Below are positions 28,563 to 37,842 of a stretch of DNA of 64,000 bases, piece after piece; position 1 is the first letter of the stretch, and each line of letters begins with the position of its first letter. Origin of the DNA: an uncultured virus (IMG/VR IMGVR_UViG_3300035181_001402) (taxonomy: Duplodnaviria; Heunggongvirae; Uroviricota; Caudoviricetes). Location: positions 62,001 through 126,000 of IMG/VR virus record IMGVR_UViG_3300035181_001402; one strand, written 5' to 3'. A program made the position numbers and the translations under genes. The notes under the pieces were generated by a model, which had not been told where the DNA came from, made no database searches, and worked only from the letters and a program-made list of their open reading frames with translations.

Positions 28563-29522
28563 ATGGGCGGTTCCAGCTACAGCGAAGACTTCTACAATGC
28601 GCGCAAGGCGGATCGTGTCCGCACGGCAACCACGACGTTCGCCTATTCGGCGGCCGTCGTGTCAAAGCCGCGTTCCGAGCAGCGGACGCACGCTCTGCTC
28701 GACCCCAAGAACAAGCTCATCCGCGAGTCCCGCGACTCGGCGGCTCATCCCGAGTCGCTCGCCGTGGCCGTGATGTTCGACGTGACGGGCTCGATGTCGA
28801 CGACCCCGAAGAGCTTTCAGGAGAAGCTCCCGCGGCTGATGAACCTCCTCACGGAGAACGGCGTCCAGCATCCTCAGCTCCTCTTCGGATGCGTCGGTGA
28901 TGCCCGCAGCGACAAGGGCTCGATCCAGATCGGCGAGTTCGAGTCGGGCAACGAGATGGACGAGACCTTCAGCAACGTCTGGCTCGAAGCGGGCGGCGGG
29001 GGCACGAAGCAGGAGAGCTACCAGAACGCGCTCTACTTCTTCGCCCGGCACACGCAGATCGACTGCGTCGAGAAGCGCAACAAGAAGGGCTACCTCTTCC
29101 TCCTCGGCGATGAGGAGGCCTACCTGAGGGTGAGCAAGCGTGAAGTCGAGGCGCTCTTCGGCGAGACGCTCCAGGAGGACATCCCCCTGGAGCAGATCAT
29201 CGCGGAAGCCCAGGAGAAGTACAACGTCTTCTTCATCATCCCGGCCGAGACGTCCGGCGGGCGTGACTCCAGGATCCGCAACTACTGGGTCAAGCTCTTC
29301 GACGAGACCCACGTCCTCGCTCTGGCCTCCGCCGAGGGCGTGGCCGAGACGATCGCCCTCACCGTGGGGCTCTGCGAAGGGACGACCGATCTCGACCGGG
29401 CTCGCCAGGGCCTCGCGACGGCGGGTGTCTCGGGCAAGCTGATCAACGACACCGTCGCCAGCCTGACGCCCCTCGCCGAAAGCCTCGGCAAGGCCAGCAC
29501 CAGCTCGACCATCCGGCTCTAG
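28563..29522 (+). CDS. vWA-like domain protein
   Basis: AVMFDVTGSM, GGGG..ESY, KGYLFLLGDE. Confidence 0.8.
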   Translation: MGGSSYSEDFYNARKADRVRTATTTFAYSAAVVSKPRSEQRTHALLDPKNKLIRESRDSAAHPESLAVAVMFDVTGSMSTTPKSFQEKLPRLMNLLTENGVQHPQLLFGCVGDARSDKGSIQIGEFESGNEMDETFSNVWLEAGGGGTKQESYQNALYFFARHTQIDCVEKRNKKGYLFLLGDEEAYLRVSKREVEALFGETLQEDIPLEQIIAEAQEKYNVFFIIPAETSGGRDSRIRNYWVKLFDETHVLALASAEGVAETIALTVGLCEGTTDLDRARQGLATAGVSGKLINDTVASLTPLAESLGKASTSSTIRL

Positions 29523-29525
29523 CAA

Positions 29526-29566
29526 CAAGAGACGCCCCTGGGGTTGATCCTCGGGGGCGTCTCTTG
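29526..29566. terminator. Hairpin after vWA gene enclosing a class I upstream box
   Basis: caagagacgccc...gggcgtctcttg inverted repeat around GGTTGATCC. Confidence 0.55.
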
Positions 29567-29576
29567 TACTTCCGCC

Positions 29577-30094
29577 ATGCCTACCCCCATCTTTTCTGTC
29601 ACTTCTGCGGGCAGCACTACTCCTCCGAGGCACTGAAGTTGTGGCCCTGGAAGTGTGCAACCTGCGAATGCAGCACCTACCGCAATCCAGCCCCGGTCGT
29701 GGTGGCCATCGTCCCCGTCAGTAAGCACAAAACCCTGATGGGAGCCCTCGTCATCCGGCGCAACATCGAACCGGCCAAGGGGACCCTCGCTCTCCCCGGC
29801 GGCTACGTCGACTTCGGAGAATCCTTCGAGCAAGCGGCAGCTCGGGAGATCGAGGAAGAAGTGGGGATCGTGACCCCCGCCTCGGAGTACCGTCTCCTCG
29901 AAGTCAAGACGACTCCCTCGGGGTCGAGCCTGATCATCTTCTGCGGAGGACCTATCGTTCTCTGGGAAGACGTCCAGAAGGCGTTCAAGCCGAACCGCGA
30001 GGTATCCGAGGTGGCCATCGCCCTCTGGGATGCGGAGCTGGGCTTCCCGCTCCACACGGATGCGCTCCGCCGGTACGCTCACGACCCGCGGTGA
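29577..30094 (+). CDS. Zinc-ribbon Nudix hydrolase (ATG out of frame by 1 nt at a C5 run)
   Basis: CHFCG..CATC..YRNP, ALPGGYVDFGESFEQAAAREIEEEVG. Confidence 0.85.
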
Positions 30095-30145
30095 ACCCCC
30101 AGGGCATGGGTTGATCCAAAGGCTCCCCGCCTTGTATAGATCCCC

Positions 30146-30351
30146 ATGCCCATCGAACTCTCCCCCAGCTCATGAACACCCTCGCCGGCTTGATCGGCGG
30201 GGGTGCTTCCATTGACGACCTGTTCGCCCGTCTGCGGGACGAAGGGCACATCCCGGAGCACGAGTTTCCGGGCATCCTTTGCAAGGTGATGGTGAACACC
30301 TTGGCGGACAACACCAACAACTTCCGCAACCAGCTCGTGAGGCACCTGTGA
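30146..30351 (+). CDS. Small hypothetical protein (probable 1-nt deletion at C5, 30162-30166)
   Basis: Class I promoter points to ATG 30146; the coding frame continues from 30172. Confidence 0.5.
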
Positions 30352-30657
30352 ACCTCGAAATCCACGACGACACGACAGACGAAGGCGGCACCCTGATTGG
30401 GGTCGCTCGCAACCTGGAATACATGTAACAGGCGGAGCAGTGGGTACATGACTCCAAGGAGGAGAGGCGGGTGGCTCGCTTCGTCCTGTTCTCTGACCCC
30501 ACGACGCCGATTCGCGAATGGCGAATGGTCAACGGAGAACCGAGTGATGCACCCATCACCCCGGGGACGGTTGCTGATGCTCGGACGTTCGCCCCGCGAG
30601 GCAACGGACCGAGCATGTAGAGGTTGATCGGCGGCTCCCTCGGACTGTAGGCTGATC

Positions 30658-30891
30658 ATGACTCCTGAAGAAATGGTTGACGCCCTATTCGCCAACAAGC
30701 CGGTGAAAGTCCGAGTGCCCGAAACGGGCAAAGGCTTCACGATCGACCCGAAGAAGGGTTTCGCAGGAATCATGTTCTTCGGGATCATCCCCGAAGGAAA
30801 GAAGCGCGCCCTGAAGACTCACGGATACATGCTCATGGGGCGGAATGAGCTGTGGTCCTGGGTAAACGGCCTTGATTCCGTGGAGAACTGA
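30658..30891 (+). CDS. Hypothetical protein
   Basis: Class I promoter at 30623..30649. Confidence 0.7.
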   Translation: MTPEEMVDALFANKPVKVRVPETGKGFTIDPKKGFAGIMFFGIIPEGKKRALKTHGYMLMGRNELWSWVNGLDSVEN

Positions 30892-30892
30892 A

Positions 30893-31252
30893 ATGCTGAA
30901 TACCATCGATCGTGCTCTTGCTCTCAGAACCTCCTACCGTGAAATCCTGGTCGCTCGCAACGGGCACTGGGGTACTTGCGTGTACTGCCCCCGAGATGCT
31001 GATGGGGTACCGCATCCCGAACGCTGCGACGACTACTCACGTTCGGATCACCACCTCCCGGCCAGCTCGACGCACCGTGGCGAGGGTGTGGCCACGACCG
31101 AAGACATCGCGGCGATGGCCCGAGTGCTCTTCGAACGAGCCCTGAAGCCCACGAAGACGGGCCAGCCCGCGGTGGACGCCAAAGCGGAATGGGATCTCGC
31201 CTGGGATTGCGTTCGTACCGCCGAAGAGAAGTTTTACCCCCGCCGAGGTTGA
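30893..31252 (+). CDS. Hypothetical protein
   Basis: MLNTIDRA..CVYC; in operon. Confidence 0.6.
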   Translation: MLNTIDRALALRTSYREILVARNGHWGTCVYCPRDADGVPHPERCDDYSRSDHHLPASSTHRGEGVATTEDIAAMARVLFERALKPTKTGQPAVDAKAEWDLAWDCVRTAEEKFYPRRG

Positions 31253-31282
31253 TCCGAAACCCGCCCCGGCTGTAGGACTACC

Positions 31283-31651
31283 ATGCCCACCAAGACCACG
31301 TACGACTTCACCAAGCTCACTGCGGACCTCAAGGATGGCCTCATCGTGGCCAAGCAGGTTGCGGCGGCCACCCACGATGGCGGCACCTGTAACTTCGACG
31401 CCCCCAAGTTCCACTTCAGCCGTTCTCCGTCCCCCAAGGTGCGGGCGGAGTTCGAGAAGGCCGCCACGGAAGCAGGGGTTCCCGGCTACTGGACGGGAGA
31501 CTCGTTCGGTAATCACAAGAACCGTCGCTTCGTCTTCGGTCCCGGCTGTGGCGGGCAGGCCTACTCGCGAACGAAGGCCGCGGAAGCTCTCTGTGACCAC
31601 CTCGTCAACGCGGGCTGGGACAACATCAGCATGTACTACCAGGCGGACTGA
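31283..31651 (+). CDS. Phage hypothetical protein (DGGTCNFD motif)
   Basis: DGGTCNFD..GQAYSRT..YYQAD; class I promoter. Confidence 0.75.
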   Translation: MPTKTTYDFTKLTADLKDGLIVAKQVAAATHDGGTCNFDAPKFHFSRSPSPKVRAEFEKAATEAGVPGYWTGDSFGNHKNRRFVFGPGCGGQAYSRTKAAEALCDHLVNAGWDNISMYYQAD

Positions 31652-31706
31652 CCGTCGGGTGCGGTAGTACGAAAGGGTTATCGATCCTCTCTTACACCGC
31701 ACCCTC

Positions 31707-32276
31707 ATGGAAGACTTGCTCGGACAAACATTCGGACTGATTACTGTGTGCGAATCGCTGGGAGGGGCACACAAGCTCGGGTACAAGCACAGGGGCCAAA
31801 TCGTCCGAGGGAAGTGCGCGTGCGGGAACGATTGGACGGGGTTTGCAGAATCCTTGAAGAAAGGGAACACCAAAAGTTGTGGGTGTTTGCCTCATGGGTC
31901 CAAGCCTCGTCAGGATAGAGAAGCTTCAGCACTTGCAGCTCTGTCGAAGAATTACCAGAGACACGCCACTCGAAGGGGCCATTCCTGGGACTTGTCGGCT
32001 GCCGCCTTCCAGACGCTCATCAAGTGTGCGTGCTACTACTGCGGCGCTCCCCCCAAAAGTGTTTGCCGGCGCATCCCCAAAGGGGTCCGAAAGACTGGTA
32101 GTTCCATCACATACAACGGTATCGATCGGAAGAACAACTCCCTTGGGTACACGACTGATAACGTCGTCACATGTTGCGCAATTTGCAACTACGCCAAGAG
32201 GTCTCTTTCACTCGAAGCGTTCCTAGAGCACGTGAAGAGTATATATCTCAAGCATTTCGAGGTTAGTCATGTCTGA
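31707..32276 (+). mobile_element. Free-standing HNH-type homing endonuclease
   Basis: CACG, KSCGC, CYYCG.PP, NGIDRKNNSLGYTTDNVVTCCAICNYAK; lower GC than flanks. Confidence 0.85.
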
Positions 32277-33612
32277 AGCGTTGATTGTTCTTGGGTTGAA
32301 TTATGGTGACGAAGGTAAAGGAACCATCGTTGATTATTTGGCCCGAAAACACAACGCAAAGGTAGTGTGCCGATTTAACGGAGGAGCACAGGCTGGTCAC
32401 AACGTGGTCCTGGAGGATGGTCGGCATCACACCTTCGCTCAGTTCGGGAGCGCCACCTTCGTGCCCGGAGTGAAGACGCACCTCAGCCGGCACATGCTCG
32501 TGAACCCGATCTTCATGCTCTCCGAGGAGAAGCACCTCCGTTCTGTGGGTGTCCTCGACGCCTTCGAGCGGCTGACCATCGAGAGAGAAGCTCTGGTCAC
32601 AACGCCCTACCATGTGACGGCGAACCGCATCCGGGAGATGGCCCGCTCGAACCGCCACGGCTCCTGTGGAATGGGGATCGGCGAGACGGTGAGCAGTCAC
32701 TTGAGCTTCCCGGATCACGACCTTCAAGTCGGAGACCTGGAAGACCGGGCTAAGGTTGGGATCCAGTTGACGAAGGTCCGGGATCGCTACCTCACAGAGC
32801 TGTCTCATCTCCACAGCCCCGAGTGCAAGTCCAGGGACCTCGACTGCATCTGCTCTTTCAAGGCAGAGTGGAACATGCTGTTGAGCAACAGCCTTCACCC
32901 TGTGATCAGGGATTTGCTGAATGGTTTCCGCCAGCTCCCGCTCCAGGTTGTCGGTTCAGCCTATCTCCAGCGCATCATGAAAGAAGGGACCACGATCTTC
33001 GAGGGCGCTCAGGGTGTCCTGCTCGACCAAGACTACGGGTTCCACCCCTACACGACCTGGTCCGACACGACATTCGGCAACGCCCTCAACCTGATCGAAG
33101 GCTTCTCGGGGGACATCAGGAAGATCGGTATCCTCCGGTCCTACATGACCCGGCACGGGGCGGGTCCGTTCGTCACGGAAGGCAAGGGCGTCTTTCTCCC
33201 GACCCCGAAGGTCGAGCACAACGCGCTCAACTCCTGGCAACAGGATTTCAGGTTGGGGGCCTTCGACGCGTTTGCCACCCAATACGCTCTGAGGGTTATT
33301 GGGGGTGTCGACGAGATCGCCATGACGCACTGCGATGTGGCGTGTCTGCGGACGAATGAACCGCACAGGATATGTGTGGACTACCTGGGGGGCCTGGGTG
33401 TTGCATCGGAGTTGAGGGATGTGTCTTGGGTGTCCGATATCCGGGGGCGTTTTGACGACCGAGAGAAAATCTCTTTGAATCTCTCTCAGGCGTGTCCGGT
33501 GTACTTGGAAGAGAAGGTCAACTGGGGAATGTTCATCCCCACGATCGAAGACCTCCTGAAGACGCCGATCACCATCAAGTCGTTCGGCCCCACGGCCAAG
33601 GACAAGCGATAA
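32269..33612 (+). CDS. purA: Adenylosuccinate synthetase-like protein (divergent)
   Basis: GLNYGDEGKG, RFNGGAQAGH, HGSCGMGIGE, FEGAQGVLLD, YMTRHGAGP. Confidence 0.85.
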   Translation: MSEALIVLGLNYGDEGKGTIVDYLARKHNAKVVCRFNGGAQAGHNVVLEDGRHHTFAQFGSATFVPGVKTHLSRHMLVNPIFMLSEEKHLRSVGVLDAFERLTIEREALVTTPYHVTANRIREMARSNRHGSCGMGIGETVSSHLSFPDHDLQVGDLEDRAKVGIQLTKVRDRYLTELSHLHSPECKSRDLDCICSFKAEWNMLLSNSLHPVIRDLLNGFRQLPLQVVGSAYLQRIMKEGTTIFEGAQGVLLDQDYGFHPYTTWSDTTFGNALNLIEGFSGDIRKIGILRSYMTRHGAGPFVTEGKGVFLPTPKVEHNALNSWQQDFRLGAFDAFATQYALRVIGGVDEIAMTHCDVACLRTNEPHRICVDYLGGLGVASELRDVSWVSDIRGRFDDREKISLNLSQACPVYLEEKVNWGMFIPTIEDLLKTPITIKSFGPTAKDKR

Positions 33613-34526
33613 TGGACCTCATCACGATTATTCTGCCCCCCACGCGACCACGTCACGCCACCAATGCGTGGGAAGCGCTCATGGCGGATGACGATGGTAA
33701 CCTCGAGGGGGACACCGCAATCTTCACCTTCGACATGAAGGTTGCGGAAGGGGACCTCTGCGACATCTACCGAGGCACCTACAACGGCCGCCCTGCGGCC
33801 CTGAAGGTCTCTCATGGGGTCGACGTCAACGACCTCGTCGAGCACGAGGCGGACGTCATCCGGCACCTCTTCCCCGCAGAAGAGGCGAACGCTGGGTTCC
33901 TCCGCTACCTTTCCAAGCTCAGCTACTCCTTCCACAACGAACGGGAGGGGAAACGGATCAACGTCTTTCCCTGGCTTGGGGAGCACGTCTCCGTCGCGGA
34001 CATCCTGAAGGCCTACCCCGCGGGCATCGAGTACCAGAACATGGTCTGGATGTTCAAGCGCGGGCTGGAAGGCCTCGGGTACGTCCATGAGAAGAACGTC
34101 CTTCACGGAGCGGTCCTCCCTCCGCACTTGCTGATCCATCCGGCCGACCACGGGGCCAAGCTGATCGACTGGTCTTACGCCGTCACCAACGCGAACACAC
34201 GGCGGAACAAGGTTCGGGCCATGTCCGCCCCTTGGCGTAGCTTCTACGCTCCCGAGATTCTCGCCAAGGAGATCCCGACGGCGGCGACGGACATCTACAT
34301 GCTGGCCAAGTGCATGGTCGCCCTGCAAGGCGGGGACGTCACCACGAACGCGATGCCGGATACCACACCGGAGCCCATTCAGAGGTTCTTGAGGGAGTGC
34401 CTGTCTCCCATGCAACACCTCCGGCCGAACAACGCATGGGACCTCGTCGAGAAATTCAACGAGGTACTTCGACGAGTGATCGGCCCGCCGAAGTACTTCA
34501 AGTTCGAGATGCCCCCCAAGGTGTGA
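33612..34526 (+). CDS. Ser/Thr protein kinase-like protein (atypical catalytic loop)
   Basis: ALK, HGAVLPPHLLI, KLIDW, YAPE, DIY. Confidence 0.8.
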   Translation: MDLITIILPPTRPRHATNAWEALMADDDGNLEGDTAIFTFDMKVAEGDLCDIYRGTYNGRPAALKVSHGVDVNDLVEHEADVIRHLFPAEEANAGFLRYLSKLSYSFHNEREGKRINVFPWLGEHVSVADILKAYPAGIEYQNMVWMFKRGLEGLGYVHEKNVLHGAVLPPHLLIHPADHGAKLIDWSYAVTNANTRRNKVRAMSAPWRSFYAPEILAKEIPTAATDIYMLAKCMVALQGGDVTTNAMPDTTPEPIQRFLRECLSPMQHLRPNNAWDLVEKFNEVLRRVIGPPKYFKFEMPPKV

Positions 34527-34528
34527 CC

Positions 34529-34705
34529 ATGAATCTGCAAAGAAACACTCCCGTCCTGTTCGTGATGACCCTCGTGGCCCTTCTCCTGTGGGGAAGCGGA
34601 GTGGATCATCACCTCATCGCCTGCTTCCTCTTCGGGGCGGCCACCTTCTCGACCCTCGACCACCTCTTCACCTGGGTGCGGGGGAAGGCTGTGGAAGGGA
34701 AGTAG
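34529..34705 (+). CDS. Small 2-TM membrane protein
   Basis: VLFVMTLVALLLWG / LIACFLFGAATF. Confidence 0.55.
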   Translation: MNLQRNTPVLFVMTLVALLLWGSGVDHHLIACFLFGAATFSTLDHLFTWVRGKAVEGK

Positions 34706-34713
34706 GGAGTCCC

Positions 34714-34998
34714 ATGTTCAAGTTCAACGGAGGCAGGGGCGCAACGATCTGTGACTTTTGCCGGACCATGTTGACCAGCGGGACTCGACAGATCCGACCC
34801 TTCCTCACGGTCAAAATGGCGGAGGGGTCCGAGGAGCATCTTGCTCTGATCCACCTGTGTGACGCACAGTGCTTGTCCAAGAAGATCGCCGTCGTGGAAA
34901 AGCAGACCGCAGAGGGTTGGGGAGATGACCGCGATTTCGGAGCTGAGAACCTGCAACTCCTGATCGCCGCTCAGGGACCGAAGCCCGAATCTCCTTGA
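34714..34998 (+). CDS. Phage hypothetical protein (FKFNGGRGA.CxxC)
   Basis: MFKFNGGRGATICDFC...LCDAQC. Confidence 0.65.
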   Translation: MFKFNGGRGATICDFCRTMLTSGTRQIRPFLTVKMAEGSEEHLALIHLCDAQCLSKKIAVVEKQTAEGWGDDRDFGAENLQLLIAAQGPKPESP

Positions 34999-35034
34999 TT
35001 CTTCTTGTTGAGCCTCTCGATGTGGAGGCTCAAC

Positions 35035-36159
35035 ATGGCGAAGATCGAAGACATCGGGTGGGGATCCTACAAGGGCTACGAGGGACCCTTCTTTCGAGGG
35101 TCCGTTCCCTATACCCTTCCGGCCGACCCGTCGAGCATGGACAAGGTCATGGCGGTGATCACAGCGACCGAAGGCGGACGCTACGATGCCATGAACCTCT
35201 ACGACCGGATGATCTGCACAGCAGGGATCATTCAGTGGGGCGAGGCGGGCCAGTACAGCGTCTCCGATATGCTCGGGGCCATCGTTGACCAGGCAGGGGG
35301 CTTCCCGAAGCCTTTCCAGACTCAGCTCTCCAACGCCGGCATCAACTTCGAGAAGAATGCCAAGGGCCGCTGGAGGTTCTTCTTCCGTGACTTCCGAGGT
35401 GAGGTCGACCGGCTCGATGAGCAGAAGCAGCTCTTCTTGCTCCGCTCGAACGGCTTGAAGGGAACTTGGGACGAGGGCTCAAAGGAGTATGCCAAGAGCT
35501 GGGCGGCAGCCATTGCAAACACCCTGGCACTCCCCGAGGCGCAGAAGGTCCAAGTAGCCTTCACGGTCCCGAAGCTCATGGGCTTCGTCACGCCGGAAGC
35601 CCACGCCATTCTATGGGGGGGTTCTCTCTCGACGGAGGCTTCTTCCATGTCTTCAGGCTGGATCGGGGCTCTCCGTTCGGCCTACCTTTCCTTTGCCGCC
35701 AATCTCCCCACCGTCGCAAGCAACCAGCTCAAGATCGCCGTCGCGAAGTCGAAGGCTCCGAAGTGGTCCTCGGACTGGTGCATCGACATCTTGAAGCAGC
35801 TCACGTTTGGGCCGCAGATCACAATCTACCCGGTTCGCTACAACGGGATCCGGCCGCTCATCGAGCGGATCTACGGTGTGGACCTGCCCGACTTCGCAGC
35901 GGATCTCCGGGCTTGGAGCGCGAAGCTGGGGATCGACCCTACAGACTCGATGCCTCCTTTCCTGACCCCGAAAGAGGTTCAGACGGAGCTGATCGCAGAG
36001 GGCTATGACCTCGGACCGGCGGGAGCTGATGGGCGGATCGGGATCAAGACCACGGATGCCCTGTTCGCTTTCCAGGGGGTCCACGGGCTCAAGGTCGACG
36101 GGATCATCGGACCCATGACCCGGAAGGCGCTTCTGGCCGAGTGGCAGATGAGGAACTAG
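35035..36159 (+). CDS. Putative endolysin / lysozyme-like protein with C-terminal peptidoglycan-binding domain
   Basis: TEGGRYDA..GIIQW; VQTEL..GYD.G.ADG.IG..T..AL..FQ..HGLKVDGIIGPMTRKAL. Confidence 0.75.
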   Translation: MAKIEDIGWGSYKGYEGPFFRGSVPYTLPADPSSMDKVMAVITATEGGRYDAMNLYDRMICTAGIIQWGEAGQYSVSDMLGAIVDQAGGFPKPFQTQLSNAGINFEKNAKGRWRFFFRDFRGEVDRLDEQKQLFLLRSNGLKGTWDEGSKEYAKSWAAAIANTLALPEAQKVQVAFTVPKLMGFVTPEAHAILWGGSLSTEASSMSSGWIGALRSAYLSFAANLPTVASNQLKIAVAKSKAPKWSSDWCIDILKQLTFGPQITIYPVRYNGIRPLIERIYGVDLPDFAADLRAWSAKLGIDPTDSMPPFLTPKEVQTELIAEGYDLGPAGADGRIGIKTTDALFAFQGVHGLKVDGIIGPMTRKALLAEWQMRN

Positions 36160-36370
36160 ACGGGCCGCCAAAACCTGCGTCGAGGGATGCAGGAAGGGGC
36201 TTGTTTCTGCCAGGGCCCGCGATTGATCCTGTAGAGGAAACCCCCAGAAGCAGGGTCAAGTTTGCGCTCGACCTGGCAGCTTCGCATACACGTTGCTGCC
36301 CCAGCGGAACCTGTAGCCCCAAGTCTGTAGATGTGGGAGATGGGGTGCATCTCCCACATCTACACCGACA

Positions 36371-37069
36371 TCAGAGCATCGAGATCGTCGGGATGGTCAT
36401 CGACTCGACCGGCTCTGCGGGAGCCTCCGGCTTCAGGATGTCCGCGGTCGTGAAGCTCGGGATGTGCGTCCCGAACCAGCGGACAGCAACCCCCATGCGG
36501 AGCTGGCTCTCCTTGGAGCCTCCATCGCACGAGCCGCTCGCATAGGCCCGGAGACCCTCCAGTGTGCCGAGACGCGAGCACGAAGCCACGGACGACTTCA
36601 TCAAGTGGTGCGCAGCTCGGAAGCACTTCTTCCGATCCGCAAGCAGCTCGTCAGCCGTCCAGCCAACCTGGACATCAGCGGCATCATCGTAGGGAGAAGC
36701 CCATCGACTCAGGGTCTTGTTCCAGTCCCTCGTTCGCCCCTTGCCCACGTTGATCTGCATCAAGCAGACGCTCTTCCCACCATCGCCTCGAAGGATGCCA
36801 TTGTCCACCTTCACAGCGAAACGACCCGACTCGAAGTAGGCCCCTCCGAGCATTGCCGCCGCCGTGCGGACCAAGCCGTGATCAGAGCCCTTCGTCGATG
36901 CGCTGTAGAACGAGGGCTCGCTCATGACCACTTCAGCAAGGTCTTGGGCGGTCTGCTCATACCGTGCCTGGGTTTGCTCGGGAGTTTCGAGACCTCCCCC
37001 ATATTGGGTGTGACCCGGCGGAGCCTTGGCCACCAAGAACGCCAGGATCCAAGAAACAAGAAACTTCAC
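36371..37069 (-). CDS. Secreted lytic transglycosylase (SLT)-like protein
   Basis: Signal-like N-terminus; YFES, GDGGKSVCLMQIN, LRAYASG. Confidence 0.6.
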   Translation of the reverse strand: MKFLVSWILAFLVAKAPPGHTQYGGGLETPEQTQARYEQTAQDLAEVVMSEPSFYSASTKGSDHGLVRTAAAMLGGAYFESGRFAVKVDNGILRGDGGKSVCLMQINVGKGRTRDWNKTLSRWASPYDDAADVQVGWTADELLADRKKCFRAAHHLMKSSVASCSRLGTLEGLRAYASGSCDGGSKESQLRMGVAVRWFGTHIPSFTTADILKPEAPAEPVESMTIPTISML

Positions 37070-37153
37070 AATCAACCTCCTGAAAGCCTGCCCCAAAAAG
37101 AGCAGGGCTGGCCTTTCTACACCAGATAAAGTCGAAATCAAGAGAAATCGACC

Positions 37154-37201
37154 AAATTATGAGCCTTTTGGGGGTGTTGATCCCCAAAAGGCTCATAATT
37201 T
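37154..37201. repeat. Perfect 20-bp AT-rich inverted repeat with 8-nt loop
   Basis: aaattatgagccttttgggg-gtgttgat-ccccaaaaggctcataattt. Confidence 0.9.
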
Positions 37202-37235
37202 CTAGAACGCCTTCACTTCTGGTGTAGACGCCTTC

Positions 37236-37751
37236 GTGCCCATCGACTCAAAGAAGCTCAAGGCGATTCACGAGATGTTCCTGAGCAAGTCTCCGGACTC
37301 GACTCAAGAACATCTCTATGCAGCATACCCCAAAGCACGAGGGTTCTCCCACAACGAACGTGATCTGTCGATTCTGGACGCCACCATCATTTTGGGGCTA
37401 GCCCAAACGTGGCCCGAAAACGAAGAGGAACCGAACCAGGTGTTCTTCTTGGTTCGGTCCGCAGACGAGCTGGTCTGGTGTCTGAAAAGGCTCAAGGAGA
37501 TTGCCAAAGGCTTCTTCGAGCGCCTCAAGAAGATGCCCAGTCAGAAGGAGGCCAAGGTGAAAGCTGCAAAGCTCATCGCCTCTTTCTTCAACAACCTTCG
37601 TATCGGGATCTCCACGCAGTTTGACGAGCCCCCGGCCCACTGGGTGTCCTACAGCTACCTCGCATCCGATCCTGTCCCGACCTGGATGCGTGACAAGCTT
37701 ATCTCCGTGCCTGTTGCAGTGGACATGTTCGCCGGAGTCGAGGAACAGTGA
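37236..37751 (+). CDS. Hypothetical protein
   Basis: GTG start 9 nt after GGTGTA. Confidence 0.65.
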   Translation: MPIDSKKLKAIHEMFLSKSPDSTQEHLYAAYPKARGFSHNERDLSILDATIILGLAQTWPENEEEPNQVFFLVRSADELVWCLKRLKEIAKGFFERLKKMPSQKEAKVKAAKLIASFFNNLRIGISTQFDEPPAHWVSYSYLASDPVPTWMRDKLISVPVAVDMFAGVEEQ

Positions 37752-37842
37752 GTCTATCTGGAGAGGAGACTTTCAAGTTTCCGTCTAGTACGTGATCTAA
37801 CATACTAGAAGCTACCTGTCGAAGTCGGTGTAACCTCTCCCC

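Noticed and set aside
32269..33612. PurZ (2-aminoadenine genome pathway)
   Set aside because: Motif is GDEGKG with the PurA Asp rather than the GSTGKG of PurZ; no DatZ recognised in the window.
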